A stretch of DNA of 63,602 bases, the filler included, from Olpidium bornovanus S191 (taxonomy: Eukaryota > Fungi > Olpidiomycota), in NCBI GenBank assembly GCA_017911155.1. It is 29 parts of 29 records of this genome, joined end to end, with 100 filler letters (N's around TTAATTAATTAA, not from the genome) between each part and the next. Parts side by side here need not be neighbours in the genome. Positions count along the whole stretch, not along the records: positions 24,348 to 27,791 come from JAEFCI010009485.1; positions 27,892 to 29,744 come from JAEFCI010012751.1; positions 29,845 to 32,253 come from JAEFCI010013055.1; positions 32,354 to 33,946 come from JAEFCI010006203.1; positions 34,047 to 35,213 come from JAEFCI010011977.1; positions 35,314 to 36,486 come from JAEFCI010002093.1; positions 36,587 to 37,871 come from JAEFCI010001519.1; 22 more parts are not named here. One strand, written 5' to 3'. The notes beneath the pieces were generated by a model. It was given only the letters and a program-made list of their open reading frames with translations. It did not search any database and was not told where the DNA came from. Made by a program: the position numbers and the translations under genes. How positions within the stretch are numbered: position 1 is the first letter of the stretch; the number at the start of each line of letters is the position of its first letter. Positions 24,696 to 36,687 of this stretch are shown in pieces.

Positions 24696-26707
24696 ATGGC
24701 GTCGAGCCTGCGCGCGGCGGCCCTGCGGCCTGCGAAGATGGGGCGCGCCGGCCTTGGCTGCCTCGGCCGCGGCGCACGCCTTTTCCCGATCCGCCGTCTC
24801 GCCGGCAAAGCAAGCGTCTCGCCCGCACTCCCGCGGCTCCGCGGCTTCGCTTCTGCGGCGACTCCTCCGCCGGGCTCGATCGCGTTCGGCCTGACGGAGG
24901 AGCAGCGGAACTTCCAGGAAACGGCGCGCAAGTTTGCGGCGGAGGAGATCATCCCGAAGGCCCCCTACCACGACCGGACTGGAGAGTACCCCACGGAGAT
25001 CATTAAGAAGGCCTGGGAGCTGGGCCTCGTGAACACGCACATCCCGGCCGAGTACGGCGGCCTGGGCCTCGGCGTCCTCGACAGCGCCATAATCACCGAG
25101 GAGCTCGCCTTCGGGTGCACGGGAGTGCAGACCGCCATCGAGGGCAACAGCCTGGCGGAAGCGCCTGTTGTCATCGCTGCCAACGACGCCCAGAAGAAGA
25201 AGTACCTCGGCCGCATGACGGAGGCGCCCCTCATGGCGGGCTACTGCGTCACGGAGTCCGTCGCCGGTTCGGACGTCGCCGGGATCCAGACGCGCGCCGT
25301 CAAGAAAGGCGACAAGTGGATCGTCAATGGCCAGAAGATGTGGATCACCAACGGCGGCGTGGCCAACTGGTACTTTCTCCTCGCCAAAACTGACCTGAAC
25401 GCAAACGCCGGGCGGGCCTTCACGGGCTTCATCGTCGACGCGGATACCCCCGGCATCACCGTGGGCAGGAAGGAGGTAAACATGGGGCAGCGCGCTTCGG
25501 ACACGCGGGGGATAACTTTCGAGGAGGTCCAGGTCCCCGACGAGAACCGCCTGGGTGAAATCGGCAAGGTACGAAGAAAAAAAAAGAACAAACCGCGCCC
25601 CACGGAGGACGACCAAGGGTGTCGGGGGGGGTTCACGGAGGACGACCAAGGGTGTCGGGGGGGGGGGGGTTTCCTGCCAAAGTCCCCCCCCCCGACACCC
25701 GGGCAGCGTTTTTGCCCGCCTCAAACCGATTGCCGGCGTTCCCGTTTCTAAATTCCTCTGGCGCAGGGGTTCCAAATTGCGATGGGTGCATTCGTGAGTG
25801 TCGCGCCGTGTCCGTCGCGTTATTTCCCCCGGAAACCAGCCGCGCGCGCTCTTCATTCCCCGACGCCGCTTCGCGAGCACTTCTGCTGAAAGAAAAAAAA
25901 AAAAAAAAAACGCGGTCCCGGGCGACGGGAAACAGGACATCACTCGCCCCCTCGTCGCGGCCGGCGCCGTCGGACTTGCCCGGAGAGCCCTGAATGAGGC
26001 GACCATGTACTCTCTGGAGCGGAAAACGATGGGGAAGCCGATCTGCGAGCACCAAGCCGTGGCGTTCATGCTGGCCGACATGGCCATCGGCGTCGAGGCC
26101 GCCCGAAACCTGGTCCACAAGGCGTGCTGGCTGCGCGACCAGAACAAGCGGAACACGTACTACGCCTCCATGGCCAAAGCCCTGGCCTCCGAGGTCGCCA
26201 ACAAGAACGCCGCGGACGCCGTCCAGATCTTCGGCGGAAACGGGTTCAACACCGAGTACCCGGTCGAGAAGTTGATGCGAGGTATTAAAAAAAAAAAAAA
26301 AAAAAAAAGAAAAGAAAACCGCGGACCCAGCGGCCGGCCGTCTTTTGCCGGGACAAAAGAGGTTTTGGAACGGGAGGTTTCTTCATACGCTGAAATGATG
26401 ATGACGCTCATTCATTTGCTCGTCGTCCCCCCCTCCCCACCACTCCTTACACCCCCCCTCCGCCCCGCGCAACGGTGTATGCAGACGCGAAGAGTACGTC
26501 GCCGACGGCCCGAATCCTGGCAATAAAACGTCAATACCAGACTCTGACTCATCCTTTTCGTTTCATAATTATCCCCCGCGGGCCGGGAAAAAAACACGCG
26601 CGCACGCGCGCGCAGTCTTTATGATCTACGAAGGAACAAGCCAGGTGCAACGCCTGATTGTCTCGCGGACTCTGCTGGATTCGGCGAAAGCCGGAAATTC
26701 GCCTTGA
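24696..26707 (+). CDS. ACADM: Medium-chain acyl-CoA dehydrogenase, mitochondrial (complete)
   Basis: Five exons: 24696-25568, 25767-25793, 25936-26281, 26485-26493, 26616-26707. Motifs [55 protein letters not shown]. Arg/Ala-rich presequence. Confidence 0.97.
25601..25669. repeat. 33-bp-period tandem duplication in ACADM intron 1
   Basis: CACGGAGGACGACCAAGGGTGTCGGGGGGG at 25601 and 25634. Confidence 0.9.
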
Positions 26708-27293
26708 CCGACAGCAGCGGGCTGGCCCCCTTCCCCCCCCCCCTTTCCCTCCATCCCCCACAGCCCGGCTTATTATAGCGATTTTGAGTTTACGTGGCCG
26801 CCAAGGTTCCAGTTCCGCCCGATCCCCATCGACCCTTAAGAGGGTAACCGGCGAAATGCGAGCTCGGCTTTCGCCTTTCAGCATGCGTGTGTTCGACGTT
26901 TTTGTTTTTCGCGGAGAGACTTTACCCCGCTCGGGCGAGTTGCTGGGTGCGCGAGCCTTTGCGGAGCCGGGCGTTGTTGTCCGGGGAAAAGGAAATTTTG
27001 GCTTTCGAGGGGGGGGGGGAGGGAAGGGTGGGGTGGCGCGGGGGAGGGGGGGTCTTCGGCAAAACGAAACAAAGAAGGAGGCGGCGGCGGGGTTTGGTAT
27101 CGAAAGGGAGAGGGGGGGAGGGGGGTTCGAACCCTATGCCGTTTTCGATTGGGATGTTTGGCGTCTTCGCGCTGTCCGCCGGGGACGATGACTCTTCCGA
27201 AATGGCTCTGAGCGCCATCTATGGCAGGCGGAGGGAATCCCGGTTGTCCCTGTTGAAATGGCTTCACAGGGCGAGCCAGACACCTGGTGAATA

Positions 27294-27366
27294 GGGCAGA
27301 TAGCTCAGTTGGTAGAGCGTCCCTCCGGGATAGGGAAGGTCCCGAGTTCAACCCTTGGTCGACTCA
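27294..27366 (+). tRNA. tRNA-like gene or pseudo-tRNA, nominal anticodon GGG
   Basis: 73-nt cloverleaf. D stem GCTC/GAGC with loop AGTTGGTA, anticodon stem TCCCT/AGGGA with loop CCGGGAT, T stem CCGAG/CTTGG with loop TTCAACC. A and B boxes present, TTTT immediately after. The acceptor stem has 2 mismatches and position 33 is C. Confidence 0.75.
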
Positions 27367-27434
27367 CTTTTGATGCGCAACAGGTTATAAGCCCAACCGA
27401 TCGACCTTCCGAACACGACTCGGGGCGCAGAACC

Positions 27435-27791
27435 ATGCCCGGGGCCCTCCAAGCCCCAGAAAGGCATGGCACGACGGCCTCTACTGCCTCCAGACGGTCC
27501 CGGACCTATGCCGACTCCGTGACTGTACTCAGAGAACGTCATAGAAGAGAGGAAGAGCAGCAACGCCACGCTGAGGAACTAGAGGAGCTGCGCCAAGAAC
27601 TGGCATGAGAAAGAGCAAAGACGAAGAGGGAGAAAGCCCGCCGTACTCGCGCTGAAGAACCCAACAAAGCCATGCATGTATATTCGAACAAGCCTTCGTG
27701 GGAGATGAATGCGGTTTTCTCCCGTGTGCGCGGGTCGAGCGGTATCTGCCAATACCCCGAAGCGAGGTCGATGGTCGAAAAGAACGCTGCA
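27435..27791 (+). pseudogene. Disrupted coiled-coil ORF, possibly a retroelement ORF1/gag N-terminus
   Basis: MPGALQAPERH...RERHRREEEQQRHAEELEELRQELA* continues in frame as ERAKTKREKARR. Architecture resembles the start of the gag remnant at 36688. Confidence 0.3.
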
Positions 27792-27968
27792 NNNNNNNNN
27801 NNNNNNNNNNNNNNNNNNNNNNNNNNNNNNNNNNNTTAATTAATTAANNNNNNNNNNNNNNNNNNNNNNNNNNNNNNNNNNNNNNNNNNNNCATGCAAAA
27901 ATAGTTTCCCGCGAACTTTTCTTTTTCATTTCGCTGCTGAAAGCCGCACGCGAGGACGACGGGTTTTC

Positions 27969-29744
27969 TCACAGCTCTTGCGCGGCCGTCTCCTGCATCA
28001 GGTCCTTCGGCATGCTGTAAAAGATGTAAAACAGCGTCTCGTCCGAAAACGTTCCGATTTTGGTGTGCGCGTGCGCCGGTGGTTGGACGTTGTAACAGGC
28101 CGGCAGGTGGTAGTCCGGCTCGATGTACACGCTCTGGTTGTCTTCGGTGAACGGCGTCGAAAACGAGGTGTACAGGTTGCTGTGCAAAAAAAAGGCGAAA
28201 AACCGTCCCCGGGAAACGTCAGGCCGCCGGAAGACACGCGGAGACAACGCGCGTGGCTCGACATCCGGGCGGGGAAGAAAAAAGAAACCCCCGTCCGGGA
28301 AACGGGGCCGCCCGGGCTCACGTACTCGGCCGAGTTCAGGTTCAAGCCGAGGTTCGTCAGGTCGGTTCCCAGTGCCAGCGCCTGCAGGTCCGGGTGCGTC
28401 ATCTGTATGATCTTGAGGATCCCCAACAAACCCCATCTCTCGTGCTCCGCTCTTTGCGCGTCTTGGGCCGCCGCGAGGTGCGTGTCGTCTTTCGCCGCCG
28501 AAAGCTGCGTCGCGGCCGCGCCCGCGCCGGCGAAACTACTTGGCGTCGCGTTGAGGGACGCTTTCGTGGCATAGCTCTGGGTGTAAAAAAAAAAGAAGGA
28601 AACGCGACATGCGCGGAGGGGACATGTTCACCGCCGCGATCTCCGCGACCGGCGCACTCCTTTTTTTTTTTTTTTCGCAGCGCAGGATCAGTTCAACGTC
28701 GTACTTTGTCGCCTTCCCCGGACGCGTGATGCGATATCGCTGGACCGGAGGAGCAGGAAAAAAAAAACGCCGCGGGCGCGGCGGCGTCAAAGGGGGCGAC
28801 ACGCAGACGCCCGCGCGTTGCGGACGGAAGAGCTTACATGGCCGCCGAGTTTGGCTCCCCGCGCCCGCGTCCTCCGCGCCCGGGTTCTGGTGGCCTGGCG
28901 GCGGCGCGGCGGCCGCGTTCGACGGGCCAGCCGCCGCCGCGGCGCCGGGCAGCGCGGGGAAGTCCTCCATGGAGAACTCTTCTTTCTGATGCTGGTGCAC
29001 CTGCTGGTGCTGGTGCTGTTTGCCCGAGGCGAACAGGCTCGCCACGCTGCCGCCGCCGAAGGTGCCGCCGCCGCCGCCGGCGTTCGACGCCGCGGAGCTC
29101 GACGTCGCGCCGAGGGCCGGAAACTCGGACAAATCCAACACCTCGCCCGCGTTCAGCTGCGACGACGGCCCGCCCGTCGCGGCCCCTCCGGCCCCTAAGT
29201 GCTGCTGGTGGTGGTGCTGCTGGAACGGCGAATACCCTACCGGATGGGCGTGCGACTGCCTCCCCGGCACGTGCGAGAGCATCTGCTGCTGCGACGCTCC
29301 CGCGGCGTTGAAACCCCACTTCGCTCCTGCAAGCAGGGAAGAAAAAGGAGGGGACAGGGTCAGGCGGACGTGCGAACGGAAGGCTGAACAAACAAAAAGG
29401 AACACACGGAGTCGCCGGGTAACACAATTCACCGCCCCCCCTCCCCCCCTTTTCCTCTCCCCCCACCGCCTCCCCGCCTTCTTTTTTTTTTGGTCTCTTC
29501 CTCCCGCCCAAGCGGGCGCGCGCGGGCCGCACCTGGTGCGTTCTGGGCAAAGGGCAGGTTGCCGGGCCTGCCAAAGTTGCCGGACACGTTCCGCACGTTG
29601 GCCATGTTCGGGTTGACGGGAGGAGCCGCCCGCGACGGTAGTCCCTGCCCTATCGACGAAGGCGCCGGGTACTGCTGGGCTTGCTGGCCCACCCGCCCGA
29701 TACCTGGTATTTTTTTTTCTTTTTTTTTTTTTTTTTTTTTGTGG
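27969..29744 (-). CDS. NOT2: CCR4-NOT subunit NOT2/CDC36 (partial at both ends)
   Basis: GLLGILKIIQMTHPDLQALALGTDLTNLGLNLNS, PDYHLPACYNVQPP, FSDETLFYIFYSMPKDLMQETAAQEL, plus upstream LDLSEFPALG and FSMEDFPALPG motifs. Confidence 0.95.
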
Positions 29745-31085
29745 NNNNNNNNNNNNNNNNNNNNNNNNNNNNNNNNNNNNNNNNNNNNTTAATTAATTAA
29801 NNNNNNNNNNNNNNNNNNNNNNNNNNNNNNNNNNNNNNNNNNNNCATGATTATCATTGCCGTTGCCACCGATGCTAATCCTTCATTGATTGCGCGGACAT
29901 TTGAGGAGAGGTGTCTCAATTTGCCGGCAGTCCCCGCATTTGGGCTTCTACTAGAGAGGGTACGTGCATTACGGCGTGACTACTGTGACGCGTTTTGGAG
30001 TTTTGTTCTTTAACCTTTTCCACCTTCCCCCCCTTCCTTCTCATCCTCTTTGATTGTGTTCCACTCGTCCTCAGCCAATTCTGGACCTCTACGATAAGAT
30101 GGTTCGGAGAAAAAACCGGGAAACTTTTAATTTTGAAATACACGAGGTACGTCATCGCAAGGCATTAGGAGCAAGTTTTCCTGCCCTGTCTCATTCTATG
30201 CATCTCCGTGTTTTATTTGTTCAGAATGAAGTCCAGCAATTCAAAGAAAAACAAATTTATTCTACGATAACCAACGAGGAAGGGAATGATCACCCGTAAG
30301 TCCGTTCGAAGCTTCTTATCCTGACCATCTTCTTGGGAGCCCCTCAAGTTCTTCGTTACCGTTGTTAGAAATGCAGGGGGACTTATGTTGTTACCGTGAT
30401 CTGCTTTTTCTTCGCCTACTAGGTGGCTACACTGGCTTGCACTAACTGAAAAGCAACGGGAGTCCTTTGTGCCATTCCTGGAGGGGCGTATCTGTTCCCC
30501 GGAAATGGACAAACTACATTCCCGCATTTTCCCTTGCCGTCAAGCGGTTTCCGGGTGCCCTCCGTCCTTTTCTGCGGAGTCTGACGATGAAGTTGGGGAA
30601 GGCGAAGACGAAGGAGACGAAGGAGACGAAGGAGATGAAGAAGAAGTTGCAGACGACTGAATTCTTCGCTTCACGGCCCTTTTCTATTCATTTACATAAT
30701 TCAAATGAGTATCCCTCTTCGCGGTATATGTCCGCTTTTGCACGTAGACATAGAATACGTAGACTCTTGTAACTGGAGCGGCGCGGCTGCCGCCCCGCCG
30801 TTTGCGATCCTTGTCACTGTAGCTTAGGCGCGGAGGAGGTCTCGGTAATCGATCTTTTTGTGTACGAAACGGACGTCTGGTCTGGTGATTTGCGTCCGTT
30901 TTAGTTGGCGTTGTCCCAACTTCGCAAATCCCTTCCATAGAACGCAAAAAAAAAAAAAAAAAAACCGCGAGCGCTTATCCGGCGCTCGGAGAACGGGGTA
31001 GGAGACAAGCAACGAGTGCCCAAGGTCCTGGAGAGGCCAGCCGCTTTTGAACGAAACCGTTTCTGCGGCTCAAGAGAAGAAGTCC

Positions 31086-32253
31086 ATGTCCGTGCCGCTG
31101 GTCGCCGCCTACGTCGCGGGATGGGCCGCCGTAGTGGGCACCTTCGCCTTCTGCTACCACAGGAGGAATCAACGCCAAGGTGCGAGGTGCGGGATGACGC
31201 GACGCGGAACCAAGACGGGCAGCACTCGCACGCATCGAGCGCAAGTGCGCCTGCGTCCGCGAACGGCATCCTGGCGGGCCGGTGAACCTGTCGGAGACGG
31301 CCAGGGAAGCTCGCGTCGTTTGTGCGCAGCAGCGCCGATTCTTTCGCCCAAAGCCGAAGGGTTGGCGGACGGCGGAAACCGGGAGCGCGCAGCTGCTTTG
31401 CCTGCTTCGGCGCTGAAGAGGAACGTTAAACGGCGACTAGCGACGCGCGGGATATGGGACTACACGCATCTCCGCCTTTCATAACGTAGCTGATTGCGTG
31501 GCGGGACTGAAGTCGAGCGGCGTCTTCGTCGGCCCGCGGAAGCGTTAGCCGTGAACGCGCCACCGGAGACGTGTTCTCCTCGGCCCACTCTGCCGTTCGG
31601 CCGAAACTAGGTGTCCTTTTGAAGACGCACGCTAATGTCATCTCTCGTTTCCTGCGGCCGTCGCGCACCTGAACAATTGTCCCGTCGTCAGGACGGAACC
31701 AACCGTCGGATGCATGGTTCGGCTCTCTCGAAGCGAGAGATCATTACTATGACCTCGTTGAATCTAACGCGCCGGACAGTTTGCTTAAACCTGCGCTCCT
31801 CCGGCGTGCGATGGCAAGCATAAAACGGATGAGCTCGCTCGCTGAAGAGCACGCGGCGCTTCAGACGCTCCTGCGGTCTGGCGCGATCGGGGACGACCTG
31901 TGGTCGGAGTGGCAGGCGGCAAAGACAGAGTTGGACGCGGAGAACAGGGAAATCCTGGAGGAGGCAGAGACGTTCAAGCAGGGATGGGCCGAGGTGAACT
32001 GCACCTTTCGCGCTTGCGATCTTGATCCGCGGTCACATTTTCGCCTTGTTTGGACGGGTTATTTCCGAAATATATCCCTCAGAAAAGAGCGCTCACGGCA
32101 TGTCGTTTGCACACCTGGTTACCACCAGCAAATCATGACGCAGGCGAAGAAGATGGTCGAGCACGAGATGGAGAAGGAGATGCAAGCAAAGGCGGAACAG
32201 GCAGCGACTGAGGAAGAGAAAGAGCGATGGCGGCGGAAGCAGCGCGAAAAGGC
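31086..32253 (+). CDS. SEC66: Sec66/Sec71 subunit of the Sec62/63 translocon, 3'-partial
   Basis: N-terminal TM segment (VPLVAAYVAGWAAVVGTFAF) and exon LKPALLRRAMASI...LLRSGAIGDDLW...EILEEAETFKQGW. Confidence 0.85.
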
Positions 32254-32353
32254 NNNNNNNNNNNNNNNNNNNNNNNNNNNNNNNNNNNNNNNNNNNNTTA
32301 ATTAATTAANNNNNNNNNNNNNNNNNNNNNNNNNNNNNNNNNNNNNNNNNNNN

Positions 32354-33479
32354 CATGGGTGACAACACTAGCCCACGTGCTAGGAGCGGTACGAGCTGCC
32401 AAGGATAGGGAAGAATCCGATTCCTGCAGAGCCCGTTTAGCTGGTGACGTATTCTCAACAGCCGTCGGAGCCGAAGCACCGTTATCCAAGGATCTGCTGG
32501 GCTCGACGTTGTCAGCGGCGTGTTGCGTGCAGCGAGTCGCAGACTCCGCACCATCGGCGGTGGTGGGCGGCTCTTCCAACGGAATCCCCGCAATGTCGGC
32601 AGCGCCGTCGTCCTTCGGTCCTTTCCATTCAGGCTCGGCCCCATCGCTCTCCGGATTTTGCAGTTTTAAATCTGTTTCCACGTCTTGCAAAATCAAAAAT
32701 TCCTTGTCTTCGGAAGACCACGCGGGCGGGGACTCCTCGTCCACCACAGAGCTAGACGCCATGTCCTCGGCATATGGCAGCTGAGACGCCTCGTGAACTG
32801 GGGTCGCATCGACGCCGTTCTCCGTCGTCTGACTTTCGCGATCGCGGTTTTCGTCCACTGCCTCGTCTTCACCGTCATTTTCGTAATCATCATCCAATGC
32901 CTCCTTCAAGTACCGGAAAACGTCGTTCAACAGGTAATACCCGTTTTCCTGCTCTGCTAAGAAAAAGCTCTGGGCGAACTTTCGGGATTGCTCCCCGCGG
33001 TTTGACATTTCGCCGATGACTTGAACAAAAATCCCTCCATCAATAGATGGGAGGCAGTCGACATTGGTGACGCACACCCGGCAGTCCTCATATCTCAACT
33101 CGGTGAACTTCCGATGGATTTCCTAGTTTGGGGAAAAGGCGTTCCGTCAGCGAGCGCCAACAGAACAGATGGCACCCGGTCAAGCGCGCTTTATGCCACA
33201 CCTCCGAGCGGACGTCAAAAGCCACGCTCCAAACGGCCAACTCGACGCGCTCCGAAGAGTTTTGCTCACCTCCCGCCCGTTGTACTGTTCAGCGCCGTCT
33301 CCTTCGGTGCCGTGCAACATTGTGGAGTTGTTCATGTAGAAGAGGTGAAGCATCTGGGCAGCGCTGTGCATGGTTCTGTAGTATTTCCTGACAAACATCC
33401 ACGCGACCTCCGCCGCGCTGAAGCGGTGCGGGGCTGGCGTCTGCGCTGGCGCCAGCGTGGCGGGCGGAGAGGACGCCAT
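32354..33479 (-). CDS. NTF2-domain G3BP/Nxt3/Bre5-like protein, 3'-partial
   Basis: EVAWMFVRKYYRTMH...LHLFYMNNS, then VQVIGEMSNRGEQSRKFAQSFFLAEQENGYYLLNDVFRYL, then an acidic linker. Confidence 0.92.
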
Positions 33480-34051
33480 TGCCGTGTCCCGTTCGGGCGA
33501 GCGTGGGGAGGGGGATCCGCCGGTCGGGTGGGCCGTCCGCCTGGGGTGACTGGGCCGGGGGCGAAGTGGAGGGGAAATGTGGGGGGAGGGGGTCTTTGGG
33601 GGGACACTGGGGGTTTTTTGGCCCGCGCCTTTTTATCATATGCATGCCGGGCGCCCTGGAAGTCCTGCTCAGCAAGCTGCTCCGTTGGAGATCCGGTTGT
33701 CGGCCCCCTCAGAAGAACTCCCACTCCTATTCGTTCACGAGTCCCTTTGGCGTCGGGCAGACGACATACTCTTTTTTTCACCATCCTCTTATGTGGCTGC
33801 CCCTGCAGTGGCAGTTCGTTTCCGCCGTCCCGGTTAAATATATCTGCGCAGTTGCGTCCGGTGTCGTGCGCTTAGCCGTCACAGTGTCGCTTGTCTGTGG
33901 TTAGCGTTTTCAATCAGACTTCCGTTGGCTGGAGCTTCGGGGCGCCNNNNNNNNNNNNNNNNNNNNNNNNNNNNNNNNNNNNNNNNNNNNTTAATTAATT
34001 AANNNNNNNNNNNNNNNNNNNNNNNNNNNNNNNNNNNNNNNNNNNNCGGGT

Positions 34052-34113
<62 letters not shown>

Positions 34114-34205
34114 AAAGGGAGCGGAAGGGGCCCCGTTCAGGCAACGCGCACACTCGACCCGGCCGCCCTCTCGTTTCCCCTCGTTCCCTCTACCTAATAA
34201 CCCCC

Positions 34206-34262
<57 letters not shown>

Positions 34263-34465
34263 ACCCCCCCCCTTTCCCCCCCCCTCCCCCCCCCCCCCGC
34301 CCCCCCCCCCCCCCCCCCCGCCCACACTACCGAACAAGGGAAGAGGAGCAGAAACCGCCCGCCACCATGAAGTACGTCCGCGACTTCCCACGCCGTGTTT
34401 CCCGCGCCCCATCCCATCCCCGCGCCCCGTCCCTCGGCCGCTCCTGGTCGTCCCCGCGGCGACCG

Positions 34466-34534
<69 letters not shown>

Positions 34535-34557
34535 CCCCCCCCGCCCCCCGCCCCCCC

Positions 34558-34589
<32 letters not shown>

Positions 34590-34709
34590 TCCCCCCCCTT
34601 TTTTTTTTTTTTTTTTGCCGGCCGCCGCCGCTTTTCCGTCGGCAGCCGCCGCTTTTTGCCGCCTCCACCTTCCTTCTTCGACACGGTCATCACCGCTTCA
34701 AACTGCATC

Positions 34710-35213
34710 ATGCCTTTTGACGACGCCGATACTCCGGCAGGCGGAACCTCCAAGGCTCCCAAGGTGAAACGCAGCAAGACCGCCATCTTGTCAACCAGAT
34801 TTGACTCTGCACCTAGAATGAATGACATTCCAGAAGGAACACCCTATGGAGCCACAAGTACATGGCACTCTTCAAGCTCTCCTCGCAGCGGTGACCATGA
34901 CGTCCTGGACGAGATTGCCGCTCTGCGTGCCGACCTGCAGGAATTACGCCTGCAGCGCTCTTCGTCTTTCCTGTCACCGGCTCCTCCGCCTCCCTCTGAA
35001 TCTCTAAGAACTATGTTGGCTGAAATAGCCAAATATGACAGCTGCGGGGGACCTATGCAATTGCGCAATTTATTAATGCAATTGGAATCGTATTTGCGCT
35101 TGTCCAGACACCTGCACCATACAAGGCAGTTCTCGCTTCCAACAAATTAGTCGGTATTCCAGCGAACATATGGTTTTCGTATTTGAATCGGAATCCACAG
35201 GCTTCCTGGGACG
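34710..35213 (+). mobile_element. Retrotransposon gag-like remnant (frameshifted)
   Basis: Coiled coil, then IAKYDSCGGPMQLRNLLMQLESYL. After one frameshift it reads AVLASNKLVGIPANIWFSYLNRNPQASWD, the KL...A..W....SW pattern of Retrotrans_gag. Confidence 0.65.
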
Positions 35214-36586
35214 NNNNNNNNNNNNNNNNNNNNNNNNNNNNNNNNNNNNNNNNNNNNTTAATTAATTAANNNNNNNNNNNNNNNNNNNNNNNNNNNNNNN
35301 NNNNNNNNNNNNNCATGACAAAAGGGAGGGGCCGTTAAGGCGACGCCTCACCACGCTGGGCGCAAAAGCCGCCTTGTTAAATAGTTCACCGCTATCCAAG
35401 GCACGGAAAAACAAGTTCGCTCGCATTTTCGCTCGCACTTTCTTTGAATTTCCCACCTCTTCCCGGAGGATGGCCCGTTCCTTCCCCTAACACCATCCCC
35501 ACCATTGCTTTTAAGCGGGGGGAAATATTAAAAGAAAACGACGGGCGGGCCCCGTTGGTTTGCGGCTGTAGCTCTCTCAAGTAGTGCTCACCGGGGGGGG
35601 TGGCCGCCGCACCGCCGGACCGTGCCAGAAGGCGTCATGTAGTGTGTTGCGGAGTGTGCCTATGTAGTTGACAGCTCGACGTTGGATTTGCATGCACTTT
35701 GGTATGTGCGCCTGACGGGCCGCAAGCGTGCCTAGCCGCCGTTCTCTCCCCCTCCCTCCCTCTCAATCACTCACTCATTCTCTCACTCCCTCTCCGTCTC
35801 TCTCACTGTTGCGCTGCTTCGTCTTCGCCCTCGCAGCGCCCCAGTTCTTGCGCGGACGGCTGGACGGTGAACGAACAGAGAAAGCGGGAGTGCCAAGCGC
35901 GCACGCCTCGCATCGACTTCGGGGGAGTTTGTATCTGTGAAGAGGTCGTGGGGGGGGGGTCTACCGGACCTTTGGGAGTCGTGCGACTTCCGCGCTCGGA
36001 GAATGGGCCGGGGGCGCGACGGTTGCCCGCAAGTCACTCGGATGCGCGTTCTTCCTCTCTGCGCTTCTTGGCAACACCGCACGGCAGAAACCCGCCCGCG
36101 GCGGTTTCGTTCCGCAATCGCGACAACCCTACCGGAGCCAATCGCAACGGGGCCAACTTCGTTCCCGGGCTGTCCTGCCCTCCCCCTCCCCCACCTCTAT
36201 CCCCAGAGGAACCTCGCAACCCTCCCAGAACCGCAAAGCCAGCTCTCCCAAGCAAAACTACAAAAAAAAGTCCATCCACCCCCCTCTCGCGGAGGCCTGG
36301 GGAAACAAAAAATAGAAAAAGAGATGTTGGAATTCGGGCCAATGACTGGCGCCGGGGAAGGGTCGGGCGTGCCGTCGGGCGCCGCCGGGATACGGGCGGA
36401 ATCCCAAGCGGGGGACGTTCAGATCCGCGGGAAACTGAGGCCTTTCTCGGGCAACGGCGGCGGCCCACCTGCCGCGGAAGCGCATGNNNNNNNNNNNNNN
36501 NNNNNNNNNNNNNNNNNNNNNNNNNNNNNNTTAATTAATTAANNNNNNNNNNNNNNNNNNNNNNNNNNNNNNNNNNNNNNNNNNNN

Positions 36587-36646
36587 AACCATCCCTGCGC
36601 CGCCGCGCAGCAACCATCCCTGCGCCGCCGCGCAGCAACCATCCCC
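36587..36646. repeat. 25-bp tandem repeat, about 2.4 copies
   Basis: AACCATCCCTGCGCCGCCGCGCAGC twice plus a partial copy at the contig start. Confidence 0.9.
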
Positions 36647-36687
36647 ACGGAAAAACGCGCCATCCAAGCAAAGAAGCACCAAAAAGA

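Noticed and set aside
24300-26156. 618-aa minus-strand ORF
   Set aside because: Antisense shadow of the GC-rich ACADM gene. The same applies to long antisense ORFs over the Byr4, SET and androglobin genes.
34047-34620. Poly-Pro/poly-Gly/poly-Lys ORFs (also near 3290, 24420, 43020, 49200 and 56200-56400)
   Set aside because: They are translations of G/C/A/T homopolymer runs, whose lengths are probably unreliable; no coding evidence.
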